From Raillietiella orientalis (taxonomy: Eukaryota): a stretch of DNA of 64,000 nucleotides. The translations under genes were made by a program, and so were the position numbers. Below, piece after piece: positions 24,858-37,403 of this stretch. A model generated the notes under the pieces. The model ran no database searches, was not told the origin of the DNA, and saw only the letters and a list, made by a program, of their open reading frames with translations. The DNA lies in assembly GCA_036172245.1 (NCBI GenBank), contig JAYWIR010000001.1, forward strand, positions 11,222,001-11,286,000, in the 5' to 3' direction. Within the stretch, counting starts at the first letter, position 1. Each line of letters begins with the position of its first letter.

Positions 24858-27800
24858 CACGTGGGGGATCCCCGGGTTGTGTCGGACGCGGGAAAGGATC
24901 GCAGTCTTTCCTGCCGCGTTCGCAGACTGCGAGATTTGCCCGCCGGCGAGATCTCGAGGTGGCCGCCTCCCTGCTCCGTCGATCGTGAACCCGGGATGCA
25001 CTCCCTCCAGGAGCAGCAGCCACGGCGTCGAGCTGAGCGCTCGGCACTGCGGGTTCACTGTGATCGCAGCATCCCAACTCCGGTGAGCGACCGGGGGCTC
25101 GCAGATGAAGCCTAGACGGGAGGAGGGAGTTGCGCGCACACACTAACCAGGTCCATGGGACTCCTCACTGGTGACTCAGAGTCTCCTCCATTTATTCACG
25201 CATTTATTTATTTTTCTTTATGGTTGTTTCCTTCCTCGGCGTTTCCCTTCGGAAAGGACGGGCTTGCTCCAGGGTGGGAGCCCCCTATTTTGCACCCTTA
25301 TTTTATGCATTTCTCTAATGAACGCTCCCTCTTGATGGGGTGAGGAACCTCGACGTAACCCCCCTTCACGAAGGTGCGATCGCATCCTTTCGAATCCGGG
25401 GCGTGGCGATAGAGGCGTGCTGCTACTATCCCCTCCCTCCCTGGGCAAAGAAGCACTTTCTGGCACGTGATTCCTGGTGCCGGAAGCACTAGACGCGCTT
25501 GCACCCTCGATGGCAACGGGGGGCGAGGAGGGAGGGAAGAGAGGCTGGCTGACCGCAGCGTCCCCTCTTCGGCGGTCGGGGGGGTTGGGTGGCATGAACA
25601 CGCGAAGATCTGGGTCGGCTTCAGCACGGCCGTCCGTGTCTACTCCTCACGAAGACCTTTCATTTCCGTTTTTCCCTTTTCCTCCCGGACGAGCACCGGC
25701 CACTCGTGGTGTGCACACCCTCGCGTACGGGGAGCAAACGGCTGAGCCTCACGAGGGCGCGTGCGTGGCGTGCCCGTGCGCGCGGAAGTTCGCCAGCGGA
25801 ACGATCAGAGGGGGCGGGGAGAGAGGCGAACCTCCCTATCCCTGCGCGACCCGTCTCCGACACAACTCGTCTCTCTTTGACACCGCAGTTCCGTCACCCG
25901 AAGCCGCTGACGGCCCGGCCGCTGCGGTCGTCTGCGCCGCTGCAGAGCGTCCCACCACAGGGCACGCGCATTCGCGCGCGGGAGCAGCAGCCAGACATCG
26001 CCATGCCTTGGCTGGAGCCTCCTCCTCCCAGCCGGACCGGCAGGAGCGACGGCGGGGGGAGCGGACCCGCTTCAGCCAACGGCGCTCCCGCTCTTTCCTT
26101 CCGCGAGAAGAAAAGGCTCTTTCGGATCCGCTGAAACGAAAAGATCTGAAGCGATCTCCCGCCCCAGTGACGCGCGCCGGAGGTCCCTCAGTTTGCCACA
26201 TCCTGCCGCCGAAAATAGGTGATCCCGCCGATGAGAAGAGATACGGGAACACGAAGGGGGGGAGGAGGGGAGGGGAGGGAGACAGCTGCTTGGCAAAAAA
26301 GCGCGCGTGCGAAAAGTTTTCGCCCGCTCCGAGCCGTCCGTCGGATGAAACCGCGGAGCATCCCCTTCGGATTGGCTGGCGGCTGCATAAGATGATGGCA
26401 CCGGCGCTGTTGTGCGCGCCGGGTGCACCCTTTGTGCTTGCCCATGGTCGACAGATGGGTGTGGAATAGGGTTCCCCCCCCTTCTTCTTCTTCTTCTTCT
26501 TCTTCTTTTCCTGAGCTCCTCCTCCTCCTCCCTGTCTCCCCTTATCGCCGCCGGAGCACTTTTCGTGCTGCAAAAAAGAAAAAAAGAAAAAAAAAAAAAA
26601 AAGGAAGCCGATCGACGCGCCCTCCGCGAAGGCAGGGAACCACACGAGATCTGCAGCCGCAGGAATCGCTTCTGTTGCCTGTTCGCATGATCGCGGGGGG
26701 GGGGGAGGATCAGCTCCTCGAGCCGCTCAGATTTGGAAGCCTCCTGGCCGGATCCGAAAGACAAATTGCCTTTACGGTCCGAAATTTATTGGGGAGAGGC
26801 AGCATCTTGCTGCGGATGCTGCTGCTGCTGCTGCTGCTGCGTGTTCCGTGCCTCATGACACGCCTTTCCGATTTACGACAACTTTTTGTGCGTTATCGCC
26901 GGGGGTGCAACTAAAGAATGAGGAGGGAGGGGGAGGGGGGAAAATGCCAACGGTAAATAAACATGGATTTGTGCGTGCGTGCGTGCGTGCGCACGCGTGT
27001 GTTTTCGTGAATTCGGGATTATCGAGAACTGAATTATCGCCGATCTGGAGATAGACGGATGGGTTCTCTCGCTTTGGCGTCTCAATCGTCGGGCACCGCG
27101 CGCGCGCAGATGGGCACAGCGCCTGCGCTGCCGTCGCCGCCGCCGAATAATGAATTGCCAGCAGCGCTCGATCCGACACCCTCGGAATTTATTCTGCAGC
27201 GTCGTCGAAGTAGTCTCGGACGCCCTTCTTCCCTTCTCCTTCTTTTGGTTTTTTTGGTAAGCTTTTTTGGCACCTCGGCAAGCCACGCTCCGATCCCGGT
27301 GCTCCCCGCGCGGAACGCTTCCGCGGGACGTCTCCCCGCCTGCGCACGAAGCGTCCGCAATCGAGAGTACTGAAGGGGAAGGGAGGACCCGTCCGTCTCC
27401 ACATCCTCCACCACCGGCAGCGGATGCTGGAGAACCCTCGCCGCGCACCGAGGAGAGGAGGAAGAGGAAGAGCGCCACAATCTGAAACACGGGTGTTCAT
27501 CCGCAGCACACATCGCTCTTCCCGGCGCCAGGATCGCTCCGTTCCCGTTCTTCCCTGGCCGCGTGCAGCGGGAGTGAATAGCGACTTCCGGTTCAGAGGA
27601 CTCGAGGGTTCGAGAAAAAATCGACAATCGCTTAGCGGATCGAAACGCGCGGCAGCCACGCGAGGACCGGACGCGCATGCGCGTCCCGAAACGGAACGGC
27701 AAGCTGATTACAGGAAGTGAGAGAGCCCCCTCCCGACCTGGAAGACAACCAACCTCCCCCCCTTTCCACCACGCGGTCAGGGGAACAGGAGGAGGAAGAA

Positions 27801-30800
27801 GAAGGAGAAAAGGCAACCAACCTCCTCCCTCCCTTACGCGGAGGAGAAAACTACGGGAAGCGCTCGGCACGAACGGGAAGTGACGCGAGAGCGTCGCGGG
27901 GAGAGGAGGAGGAGGAGGGTGCGCCGTTTACACGTGGCCCGCTGATTTTCGCCGCTCTTCGGCGCGCGCGGGGGGGGGGGGACGGGCGAATGGGCGACAA
28001 AAATGCGCTCTCCTCGTTTTCGACCTGGAACGCGTGTGCGTGCGTCGTCGTCTTCCGTCGCAACGCGCGGCCGACCCCCCGGCTCCCCCCGTCTTTCAGT
28101 TTCGCGTTCCACCGGATGCGGAATCGCGCGCGCGCGCCGCCTGCTCCTGCGTCTCCGCGCAGGCGCGTGCTGCTGGCCTCCAGCGGAAAACCTCTCGAGT
28201 ATCAATTGGCGCAAGTCCTCCTGGACCCCTGCTTCTTTTCCTTCTAATGGATGGCGAGAGGCGTTCACGATCGGATCTCTCTCTCGCTCTCTCTCGGAGG
28301 AGGGGGGGGAGGAGAAGTCGTGCTGCACGCGAATCCTCTTCCTCAGTGCCGAGCGCAACTGCTTTCCGGGCTTCCTCATTGGAGAGAAGCGGTCTCTCTC
28401 GCCGGCTCGCTGCGCACGCGACCTCCGTCCCCCTCTTTGTGCACGGCCGGTCCCGGGAACGCCCGGAGCTCCTTCGGCCAAGATCCGGACGCCGTCTGCC
28501 GGTTTCGCGGGATCTGAGATCCTCTGGAGAGGGTCGGCTCGCTCGGCCGGTTCGAACCAGCTTCTTTCGCGGGCAAGATGGCGCGCGCGCGCGAGGAGGG
28601 GAAGTGGAGGAGGAGGAGGGACGGGGCGAGAGGGAATGTCCCTCTCCGGCTTCCGTGTGCCCCCTCCCTCCACGTGCTGCCTGCGCGAGGAAGACGTGTC
28701 GGACGGCCCCTTCCATCCCTCCCGAGGAAATTCGCGGTGTCCGGAAAGGCCCGGACTGCCAGGCGCCGCCCCGCCCTCTCCTCTCCCTGCTCGTGTCGCC
28801 CGCATGCGCACTTTGCACCATCGGTCCGCCATTCCCGTTCGCGCGTCGCTCCCCTTCGGGCACCGCTCCCGCGTCTTTCCGGGAAGGGGAGAAGACTAGG
28901 GCTCTGTCCGTTCGCACGAGGTGGGAAGATAGGGAGACCCCGAAGGCGTACGAGAGGGAGACAGGGCGACGAAAGCGAGCCCCCCCGCACCGGCCGGTCG
29001 GCGTTCCCCTCCGACCTCACACCCGGGTCCACCTGCGACGGCGCACGCCCCACGTTTTCCCGGTTCCTTCTCCTTCCCTGGCGCCCGTATGGAGGATGCT
29101 CTACGAGGCCTCGCGGACAGGATGGAGGGGGAAGGGCTAGTGACCGGGCCCTCCCGCTGCGAAAATGATGGAGAAACGTCTGAGGAGTGGGGGAAGCGGT
29201 AAGGGGGGGCCGTCACTCGGCACCCCGACGTCCTTTCCTGTTGCTGACCACCCCGGTCGAGCGGACCCAGCGGGGGCGGCGCCGCCTCGCTGGGCCCCGT
29301 CGCCGTCGTGGGATAGGCGGGGCCGGAAGGACGTCTTTTGCCAGGCGGAGCGGCGCACCGGCCCCGCCCGCCTCGACCCGGGACGAAGGGATGGAGGCGG
29401 GAGTGACGCGAAGGGAGGGGGAAGGAGGAAGACCCACCCTCTGGGAATCTCCCGGAAGCGCGACGCCCCCCGGGCCGAGAGAGACGTCGGGGAAAGAAGG
29501 GCAGCAGGGGCGTTCGGCCCGTCCCGGCGCAGCGCGCACTCGAAACCAAGGTGGCCCGTGAGGATGGGAAGGGTTTTCCTTCCCTAGGGCCTGTGGGCCA
29601 CCGCCGCCCGGGCGTAGCAGCAGCGCCGCAGCCAATCAAAGGGCCGGCAGGGGAAGCTTTTTTCACTCGGAGGCGGCCGCGCTGCGACCGAATGGTGGCT
29701 TTTCGAAGCAGCCGGGGGGGCTGGCGCATTGTTGGTGAAATTTCCAGCGAGGGTCGTTCGTTCTTTGGTGCGCGCGCGTGCGCTCCGACACGGGCAAGGG
29801 GGAGGAGGCGGTGCGCTCGAGAATACCACCCGGGGCGAAGTTTCTACGGAGGGAGGGGGGGGGGGAGCCTCTTGAGCCTGCGACGGGGACGGCAAGGGGT
29901 CAGAGCTTCGACCCTCCTCCGCTGCGGGAGAAGAGGGGCCCGCCGCCGCCGTGGGCTCTCTGAGACTCCCACAGCGAGTGTCGAAGCGGTGGACCCGACC
30001 CGGCTGGCGGCCGACCCTCTTTGCCGTGCGCACATTCCTCTTCCCCCTCTCCTCCCCCGCCTCCCCCTTCCCCCTCCGGAACCGCAGCCCGGGTGCCCAC
30101 GAAACGGCAGCGACGGGCAGGCGGAGTCGACCGTCGTCACCGACACCGTCTATCCGTCGAGCGGTTGGCCCCTCCGGGAAGCAAGGCGACTCCCTGGTAA
30201 GCGGACGCGGGGCACGCAGCCTTCGCTGGCCGGAGGACGCGGACGGGTGACGACCCCTTCCCATCGGCGACCTCGCCGTTGCCTTGCCTTGCTCCCACGC
30301 TCCTTAGAGATCGGAGGCGCCCTCCCCCTCCATCCCCTGCGTGCGATCGCGACCGAGGCTGCCAGTGGCGGCAACGATGATCTCTCTGGGGAGGGTGGCC
30401 TGGATACGGAAAGACGGACCCCATCTCCCGGTCAGCATCCTATTTTCTCCCTGGCGTTCTCCCCCCACTGGGGAGGTCGCTCCCGTGCTTCTCCGCCCTG
30501 CCCCCCCCTCCAGGACTTCGCCGTGCCCTGCTGAAGGGTAGGCTAAAGAGCGGATGCGCTGCTGTGCAGCGGCCGACTGGTGGCTGCCACGCGGCTCGTC
30601 AAGGACCAGCGGCCCCTCCGTCTCCAAGTGCCGAGTCCCTCCTCGCCCGCGGCGCTGGGAATCTTCCTTTTCCTACGGGAGTGCATCGTCACGGGAGCGT
30701 TTCGGATGGCGACGGCTGCATCTGCTCCGCCGAGTCCCCTCGGTGCCCGTAGGGCGTGCAATCTTGCCTGTGCGAATTACACATTTCTATCCAAGTTGGC

Positions 30801-32930
30801 CCTCCATCCTTGTTTGATATACTATCTTCTAAATTGTCAGCGTAGAACTCATCTCCAGCATGTATGTACCCATCAGTTGCATAAGGTACACCGTTGGGGG
30901 TATTCCCTCCTGGCATAGGGGACTCCCGGGGCGAGGGAAAGGGTGGAACAGGATGGTTGGGTCCGTTCATCGAGTCAGATGGCGCTTCCGGTCCGTCGCA
31001 TGAAAGATGCGCTGCGGTAGCATTCCTCCTGCCCGGGGATGTGATTTACAGCGGGCTTCCGAGGAATGCCACGGCCCCCTATCCCTGCTTCTTGCCGCTG
31101 GTGACGCAAGGGGAAAGGAGAGGCAGATGGGAAAGATGTCCCCCCCCCCCCCGAATCGGAGTTTTACTTTTCGTGCCAGATACTTTCGCTCTCCCCGCCC
31201 CTTCCTCCTTCCCGTTCTCGCCTTCACTCCTCCCCCCCCCCCCAAAAAAAAAAATAAAAATGAAGAAGAAATAAATAAGTAAGTAAATAAAATCCGGGTG
31301 GCTTTGAAGGCGTTTTTCAGAGACCAGCAGTGCGGAATCCCGCGTCCACAGGCGGCATTTGAGGGTGAGCGTCCCTCTGAACCTGCGAACGCCTATAGGT
31401 ATACTTTCCTGATGCTCTGTTTTCGTGTTACAAAAGAGGAAGCTGCCCCCAGCATCTGAATCTCCACTCGTTTTGGCACGGGCACGTCGCGCCGGTCGCT
31501 CCAGTCCGATCCTTCCGAGGGAAAAATCGCAGGCGAAACAAACTGAAGCAATCGAACCACTCGACCGGAGTCTCCATGAGGGTAGAACGTATCCCGTCTC
31601 TTGACAACGAAAGCGAAAATCTGTTTCGCGGGCAACGAGCGGCAGCTTCACCTTCCTGCATTTACTTATTCATTTATTGCTCTTCCCGTCGCTACATGTG
31701 CATGCTGGATAGCTTTGCCTTTTGGGTTCTTTGAGAAAAAGCACTGACCAACACACTGTTGCAGGAAGAATAGAAAAAAAAAAAAAAAAAAAACACCCTC
31801 CGCCTAGCGTCTCATTGCGAGCCTCAAATGGGTTCATCCTTGTATAAAGACCACTGCAATGGGGAAATTGCATTAATGCATAATTGTTTCTCATTCTTCT
31901 TCGACGGAATTTCACTACAGACGATTACACAAGCCATCAGGTGAACACTTTCCCAAAAATTTGATCCACGCAGCCTTTTTTTGTTTTTGTTTTTGTTTTT
32001 TTTTTTTCATCTTCGGAATTATAAATTCGGCTTGAATGAGAGGATAAATCTGATCATGATTATTACTTCCATCTGCATACTTCAGCTCGTGGTGGCTGCA
32101 CAGAAAACCGAGACACCGGGAAATCAAAACAAAGCGAATCACCCAAGAAGGCCAGAGTTTTGCGAAAAGCACGTCCGCGTTTCCTCCCGCAAAACGCAAA
32201 CCACGCAGAAAACAAACTCTTGCCTGGCGCTGCTTTGGGCCCGCCGCCTTACTGAGCACGGAGAACGCGTCTCCGTGGAAACAGTCCGGGAAAGTCCTGC
32301 AACTCCTGAGCGTCCACACGATAAAAAAAGAAAAAAAATCCCTGGAGTTGAAAACGCCTCACTCCGGCGTGATCCCGGAGGACCCCGTCCTTCCTTGCAA
32401 AACCGCGTTCCGGCGGGGTCCTGACGCCAGGAGGGGAGGGGGAGGGGGACTTTAAAATAGATACGATAACCCGTTGCTAAGATAACAGCAGGACGATTGT
32501 TGTTTTGTTGATGGCGTCACCATGCGAAACTCATCTGCAACGGAGGGGGGGGAGAGGGGGGGGGGGAAGCGCCTTCCTTTTTTTTCCTTTTTCGATTTCG
32601 TTACTTCAGTGTTTTATGACACCGTTGGAGGCATGTCAGCTTTCCTTTTAAAAAATGCGCTTGAAAGATGCGTCAAGAATTCCAGTTCGAATTACATTGT
32701 GCTAAAATACCAGGTGTTCCTCTTTTCTCTGCTGCTCTTTGATAAATATATCAACATCACTACTTGAAGATCTGAATAACCTGAAGCCTTTAGAGGATAT
32801 AAGGTGAGTTTGTAAGATCTATAGACACTGTCGCGCCAGTTCTGAATGGATTAAATCTCTTCCAAGGCAGGCATTTATTTGTTAAAATGTACGTTAGAAC
32901 CCTTTTATTTCCTGCTTTTCCTTACGCTCA

Positions 32931-32961
<31 letters not shown>

Positions 32962-35900
32962 ATTCCTTTACTTTTCAATCCTTTACCGATTTGCACAACA
33001 GTTTAACCCCTTCTCTCTATTGAGGAAAATCCCATTAGATCAAGCGAACTGTGAATTTTATTCAGAAGAGAGGGGAGTTCAATAAAAAGGGGAAAACCGT
33101 TTTTAATCCTCAATCTTTTTGATAATATGTGAGGCTGTTGATAGAAGGTAACCGGGAACAAAAGGAAACCAGGAATCACATTTGGGGATCGCTTGACACA
33201 CCACCGTGATTTAATGCTGACAGGGAAAGGCAGATGATTTGTGAAGAATATCGCACTTTTAAAATAATCTGAAATATACTTTTAAAAAAAAATTGGAAAT
33301 GGGGGGAATAATCACGGGAATAAACACCAACAGTACTTCAATCTTTCGCCTCGAAATGTTAAAGGGAACAAGCGAGCGTTTAACCCCAATTTTGGGGTTG
33401 AATCCTTGAATAATAGAAATTGTTTCCCTTAAACGGGAAAATTTGGAGAACAGAGGCAAGTGAATCTCTTTATAATAAGGTTCAATGGCTCAGATTTTCG
33501 GAAAACCTGAGGGTTCGTCCCGAAAATAAGCGATGTCAAAAGCTTGTTTTACCAGTGGAGTGATTGTGTGGTTTTGAGTTTCAGTGCTTCTATTAGCCGC
33601 ATTAACTGTGTAATGCAGTCGGGTTGATGGCCGCTTTAGGCCGGTGGCATGTGGCTGCCCGGGCGGTGGATCCGGGAACGGGGGTTTCCCTGGCGACGGG
33701 GCGCTCCACGAACCCTCAGATGGACGAGGAATTTTCGCTGCGTGGTGCATCCATCTGCACAGCCCGCCAAGAATTCTATTGAAGCTCCCCGGATATCGAA
33801 AAGTTGCACGATGTTTGATGACATCTTGAATTCCCTCCCTCTCTCTTTTTTTTCTTTCTTTTTCGATCAGAAAAAAAGAAAAAAATCAATTCTCCTGTTG
33901 ATGAATTTCTGATTTAATTTGACGTGCTGTCCTATATGATCAGTACAGAGTATCAAAAAAAAAAAAAAAAAAAAACCGTGTGTTTCGAATAGAAATGTTT
34001 AATTGGCATGTCTAGGAAAAAAATTTCCTTGTTCTTGTGTGTATTATTAGCAATCACGGGATTTTCGAAATTCCAATGGAAAAATTCCTTACATCGAAAG
34101 GATGTGTTTTTTTTTTTTTTTTTTTTTTTTTTATACGAAAGCCTGCCCGGTGGCCGATGCAGTGCAACAGAATGGCGATGCACGCGGTGCGCGCTTCCCT
34201 CCTCCCCCTACGGACCACCAGAAACCACCGCGCGGCTGGTCCGAAAAGCCGCTTCGTCCCTTCTCGAGTTCTTTCCCAGCAGCCACACCGGACCGGCCAA
34301 AACTCCCCAAACGTTCCATCCGCGAGGATGCTCGACGAAAAGACACGCAGCATCCCGCGCGCCGCGGGGGGATGCGATCGGATGCTGGAAAGTGATGCAG
34401 GAACGACGTCTCTGCAACCTTTTTGAATCACGTCAACCGGGAAGGTCGAGCGGGAACGAGCTAGCTAACGATGCCTGAGCTCCAATCGTCATTAACCTTA
34501 ATCATTAATGCACCGAGACCGTGGGGCACCACCGCCAACGTGCACGTTAACTGCTGCGCTGCTATGCAGGGATTTGTGCGGTTCTCCGAGAGCAAACATC
34601 AGTAGCAAATAAAACGCGGGCTTTGATGAAACTAAAATAGCTGCCTCCCTGATAAAGATGTGTTTACTCAACGGACGGCACTTCATTAACTTATTATCGT
34701 GAAATTCATTTAAAGAGTTCTAAAATTATGTTCTTCGTCCCCCCCCCCCCCCCCCCGTTTCGTTTTCCTTTTCCGATTAATGAAATCCCACGCACGTAAA
34801 AGCAGCTTTCTCATGCCACGCAAAGGTTACCTTCTTCGTGCTGGGAAGAATTCGTATGGGACCACGAAATAGCCGTCCGTTTGCGATGCCAGGAGGTGCC
34901 AGGTGGGCGCCAGCAGAATGGTCCCCTGCGAATGGCTGGGTCGCGAAAACCGCGTCATCCTTGCTGACAACCGCTACGCGGGCACCAACTTTTGCAGGGA
35001 TCCCTGAAAGCCCTATCGGTGTGCTGTGTTTTCCAAGTGTACATCACTGCCTCACCATCACCGTGCGTTGCTGTGTCAGCACACAAAGCGCCCTTTCAAA
35101 GAACGCGAACCAACCGAAAGAAAAAAAAAAAAAAAAAAATGACAAAAAACTTTTTGTAAACTCTGCGGTCATGTTGACTGCGTGTGTTGAAGCAGATAAA
35201 GCCGTTATTTTTTTTTTTATTTTCTTTTTTTTTTTTTTTACACACATCAGTAACGACGGAAGAAATATCCCTAAATTAGATTATGAATTTATTGGTTTGC
35301 AGTCCTCTGTAGCGATCTTGGCTCTGTTTTTTGTCCCACCATTTTCTGTTTGCTTTCTTAATGTTTCCGTTCCTTGGTCGATGCACACATACACAAGCAC
35401 TCCTCGAATCTCATTTCGCTTCGCTTTGCTTGTTCGCCGATACCATAAATGAAAAAAAAAAAAAAAAAAAAATCAAGAAAAAATAATTGCGTCTCCCATC
35501 TGCTACCACCACTCTGGATCTTTTGGAATTCCCCTAGGTTACGTCGCGATGAGCTTTGAGTGAGGCGAAAATGCACTCTCTCCTCTAGGCTTCGGTGTCC
35601 ATAAGCCGACTTTCAGAGGGCCCTCATGCCAGATGAACTCACTGACGGTCCCAGCTGATGGAGCATTCGGACGGATGCGTTCTTCCGTGTCTTGCAGCAG
35701 GAAAGGCAGGCAACTCTTCCACGGAAAGCTTTGTCGTGTCGACGGGGCACCATGACCATCATCTTTCGCTCGAAGAACAAGCGGAGAATAAATTTCTTGC
35801 ATCTCATTTTACGACAACGTTTCCCGATTTCCCACAAACCTCGAATGTATGGAACGTACATCACGGGGGAAAAAAGCATTCCGCAGCAGACAGGAAAGCA

Positions 35901-37364
35901 CGTAATTCGCGACGGAAAGTCGGAGCGGCCGAAGGAGGAGGAGAGATGTGTTGTGGATCCTGCTTATCCGTTCTGTCCCGGGAATCGACTCTAATTGTAC
36001 TGGCTGAAAATACAAATGATATGCATCATCGTCAAAGACTTCAAAGGTCGGAGGTGTTTGTTTTCCCAGGCAAAAGTCTCCTTTCCGCCTTTTCTTCGGT
36101 CGAACTTTGTTTTGATTGCTATTCAGAAGATTTCCCAAGTCATCGATACGCTTCGATCGTGAGGAAGAGAGGAAACGTCTTCAGAATGGGGACGTTTTGC
36201 TCTGGAAACCATCTGTCTGAGCAGGGCGTGCGCCAACATGTTGGAGCGAAACAGCCGAAATGCGTCGGAAAACGGAAAAAGTCAAGCATTAAAATACAGT
36301 GTACTGGAATGTACAAACTTGGGCACTCCAAACGTAGTGTAACAAGAGGTGAACAAAATAAATCTATAACGACCGGGCTCTTAGCAGTCACAATAAAGCT
36401 GCAGCGATGTTCTGAAACAGCAATGAAGCACTTCAGCGACAGAAAAAGGCCATATAAATTTGAACGTAAAATGCTATAATGATTCAGGGAATAAAACAAA
36501 TCATAAAAGTCGATCGCAGGGATGAAATATGCTGTGGACGTAATTTGAATTTTCTTCCAAGAAGAAAAGGATAAGAGAAAGAATGCGTATGCATAGAGCG
36601 TGATCTAAAAAAAAGAATCGTTCGAAGGCCATCATTCGACATATGCTCACCGCATCCACGGTAAAAAAGTTTGAAGAGTTTGTCCCTGCAAAAAAAAAAA
36701 AAAAAAGAAAGAAGAAAAAAATGCATTTGCTTTCAAATAGTGTGGGCTAATGGAAGCTCATTTCCACTCATCTCGATCCACGCGGATTAGTAATCAAGAA
36801 TTTTAAATACTGACGACACTACCTACGGGAGGGGGGGGGGGGGGGGGGGAAAGGGGAGAGAGAAAAAGAAAAAGTGCAGAAATAAATAAATGGGAATTTA
36901 TCGGAGTTTGGCTAAGTGAAGAAAGCCTTTCGTGCGGTTTTACAACACTTGAACAACAAGACTGCAGAAAAAGAGAAACTCGGGTGCGGGAGCCCGAAAA
37001 ATCACCAGAGGCCCCATGGACCTTTTCAGATGGGTGAAAACTGGCTGGTCGGATAAGCCAGCAAGTTGGCAGGAGGAGCCTGCCCCGTGCTCCACACCGA
37101 AGAGACATTTTCTTGCACAATGCCACAGAAGAGATTTTCATTTCCACCAGTCGCAAGGAAAAACCGTTAAAACAATAGGACAATGAAAATACAATGCCAT
37201 TAGGTCATTAAATTCGAATTGGAAAAAAAGGAAAGGAAAAAACATATCTGGCCGAACTATAAATCAAGGGGAGATCAGTTGGGAAAACAAGATGAATTCT
37301 AGAATCTCGAGAAAAAGGACTCAACAAGAGTTAATTCGATAATGACGCTGACCCCGTTTCGGAT

Positions 37365-37369
<5 letters not shown>

Positions 37370-37400
<31 letters not shown>
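37370..37400. repeat. (TG)n microsatellite
   Basis: About 15 perfect units. Confidence 0.95.

Positions 37401-37403
<3 letters not shown>

Larger units (their letters stand above)
4200..31650. other. Large GC/CpG-rich domain around the castor 5' end
   Basis: Visibly about 60-70% GC with abundant CpG over most of the span (AT-richer interruptions at about 7-10.3 kb and 22.2-23.1 kb), versus roughly 40-45% GC to the right of about 31.7 kb. Estimated by eye. Confidence 0.7.

Noticed and set aside
4200..31600. Many long overlapping ORFs (200-370 aa) on both strands
   Set aside because: Stop-codon scarcity in high-GC DNA; Arg/Pro/Gly/Ser-rich translations open in several frames at once, with no recognisable domain.
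31869..31880. Palindrome TGCATTAATGCA (POU-like) near the GC step
   Set aside because: A single 12-bp palindrome is expected by chance in 64 kb.
33615..33795. GC-rich patch possibly homologous to 36980-37140
   Set aside because: Only a short CCAYGRACC..TCAGATGG similarity; not extendable by eye.
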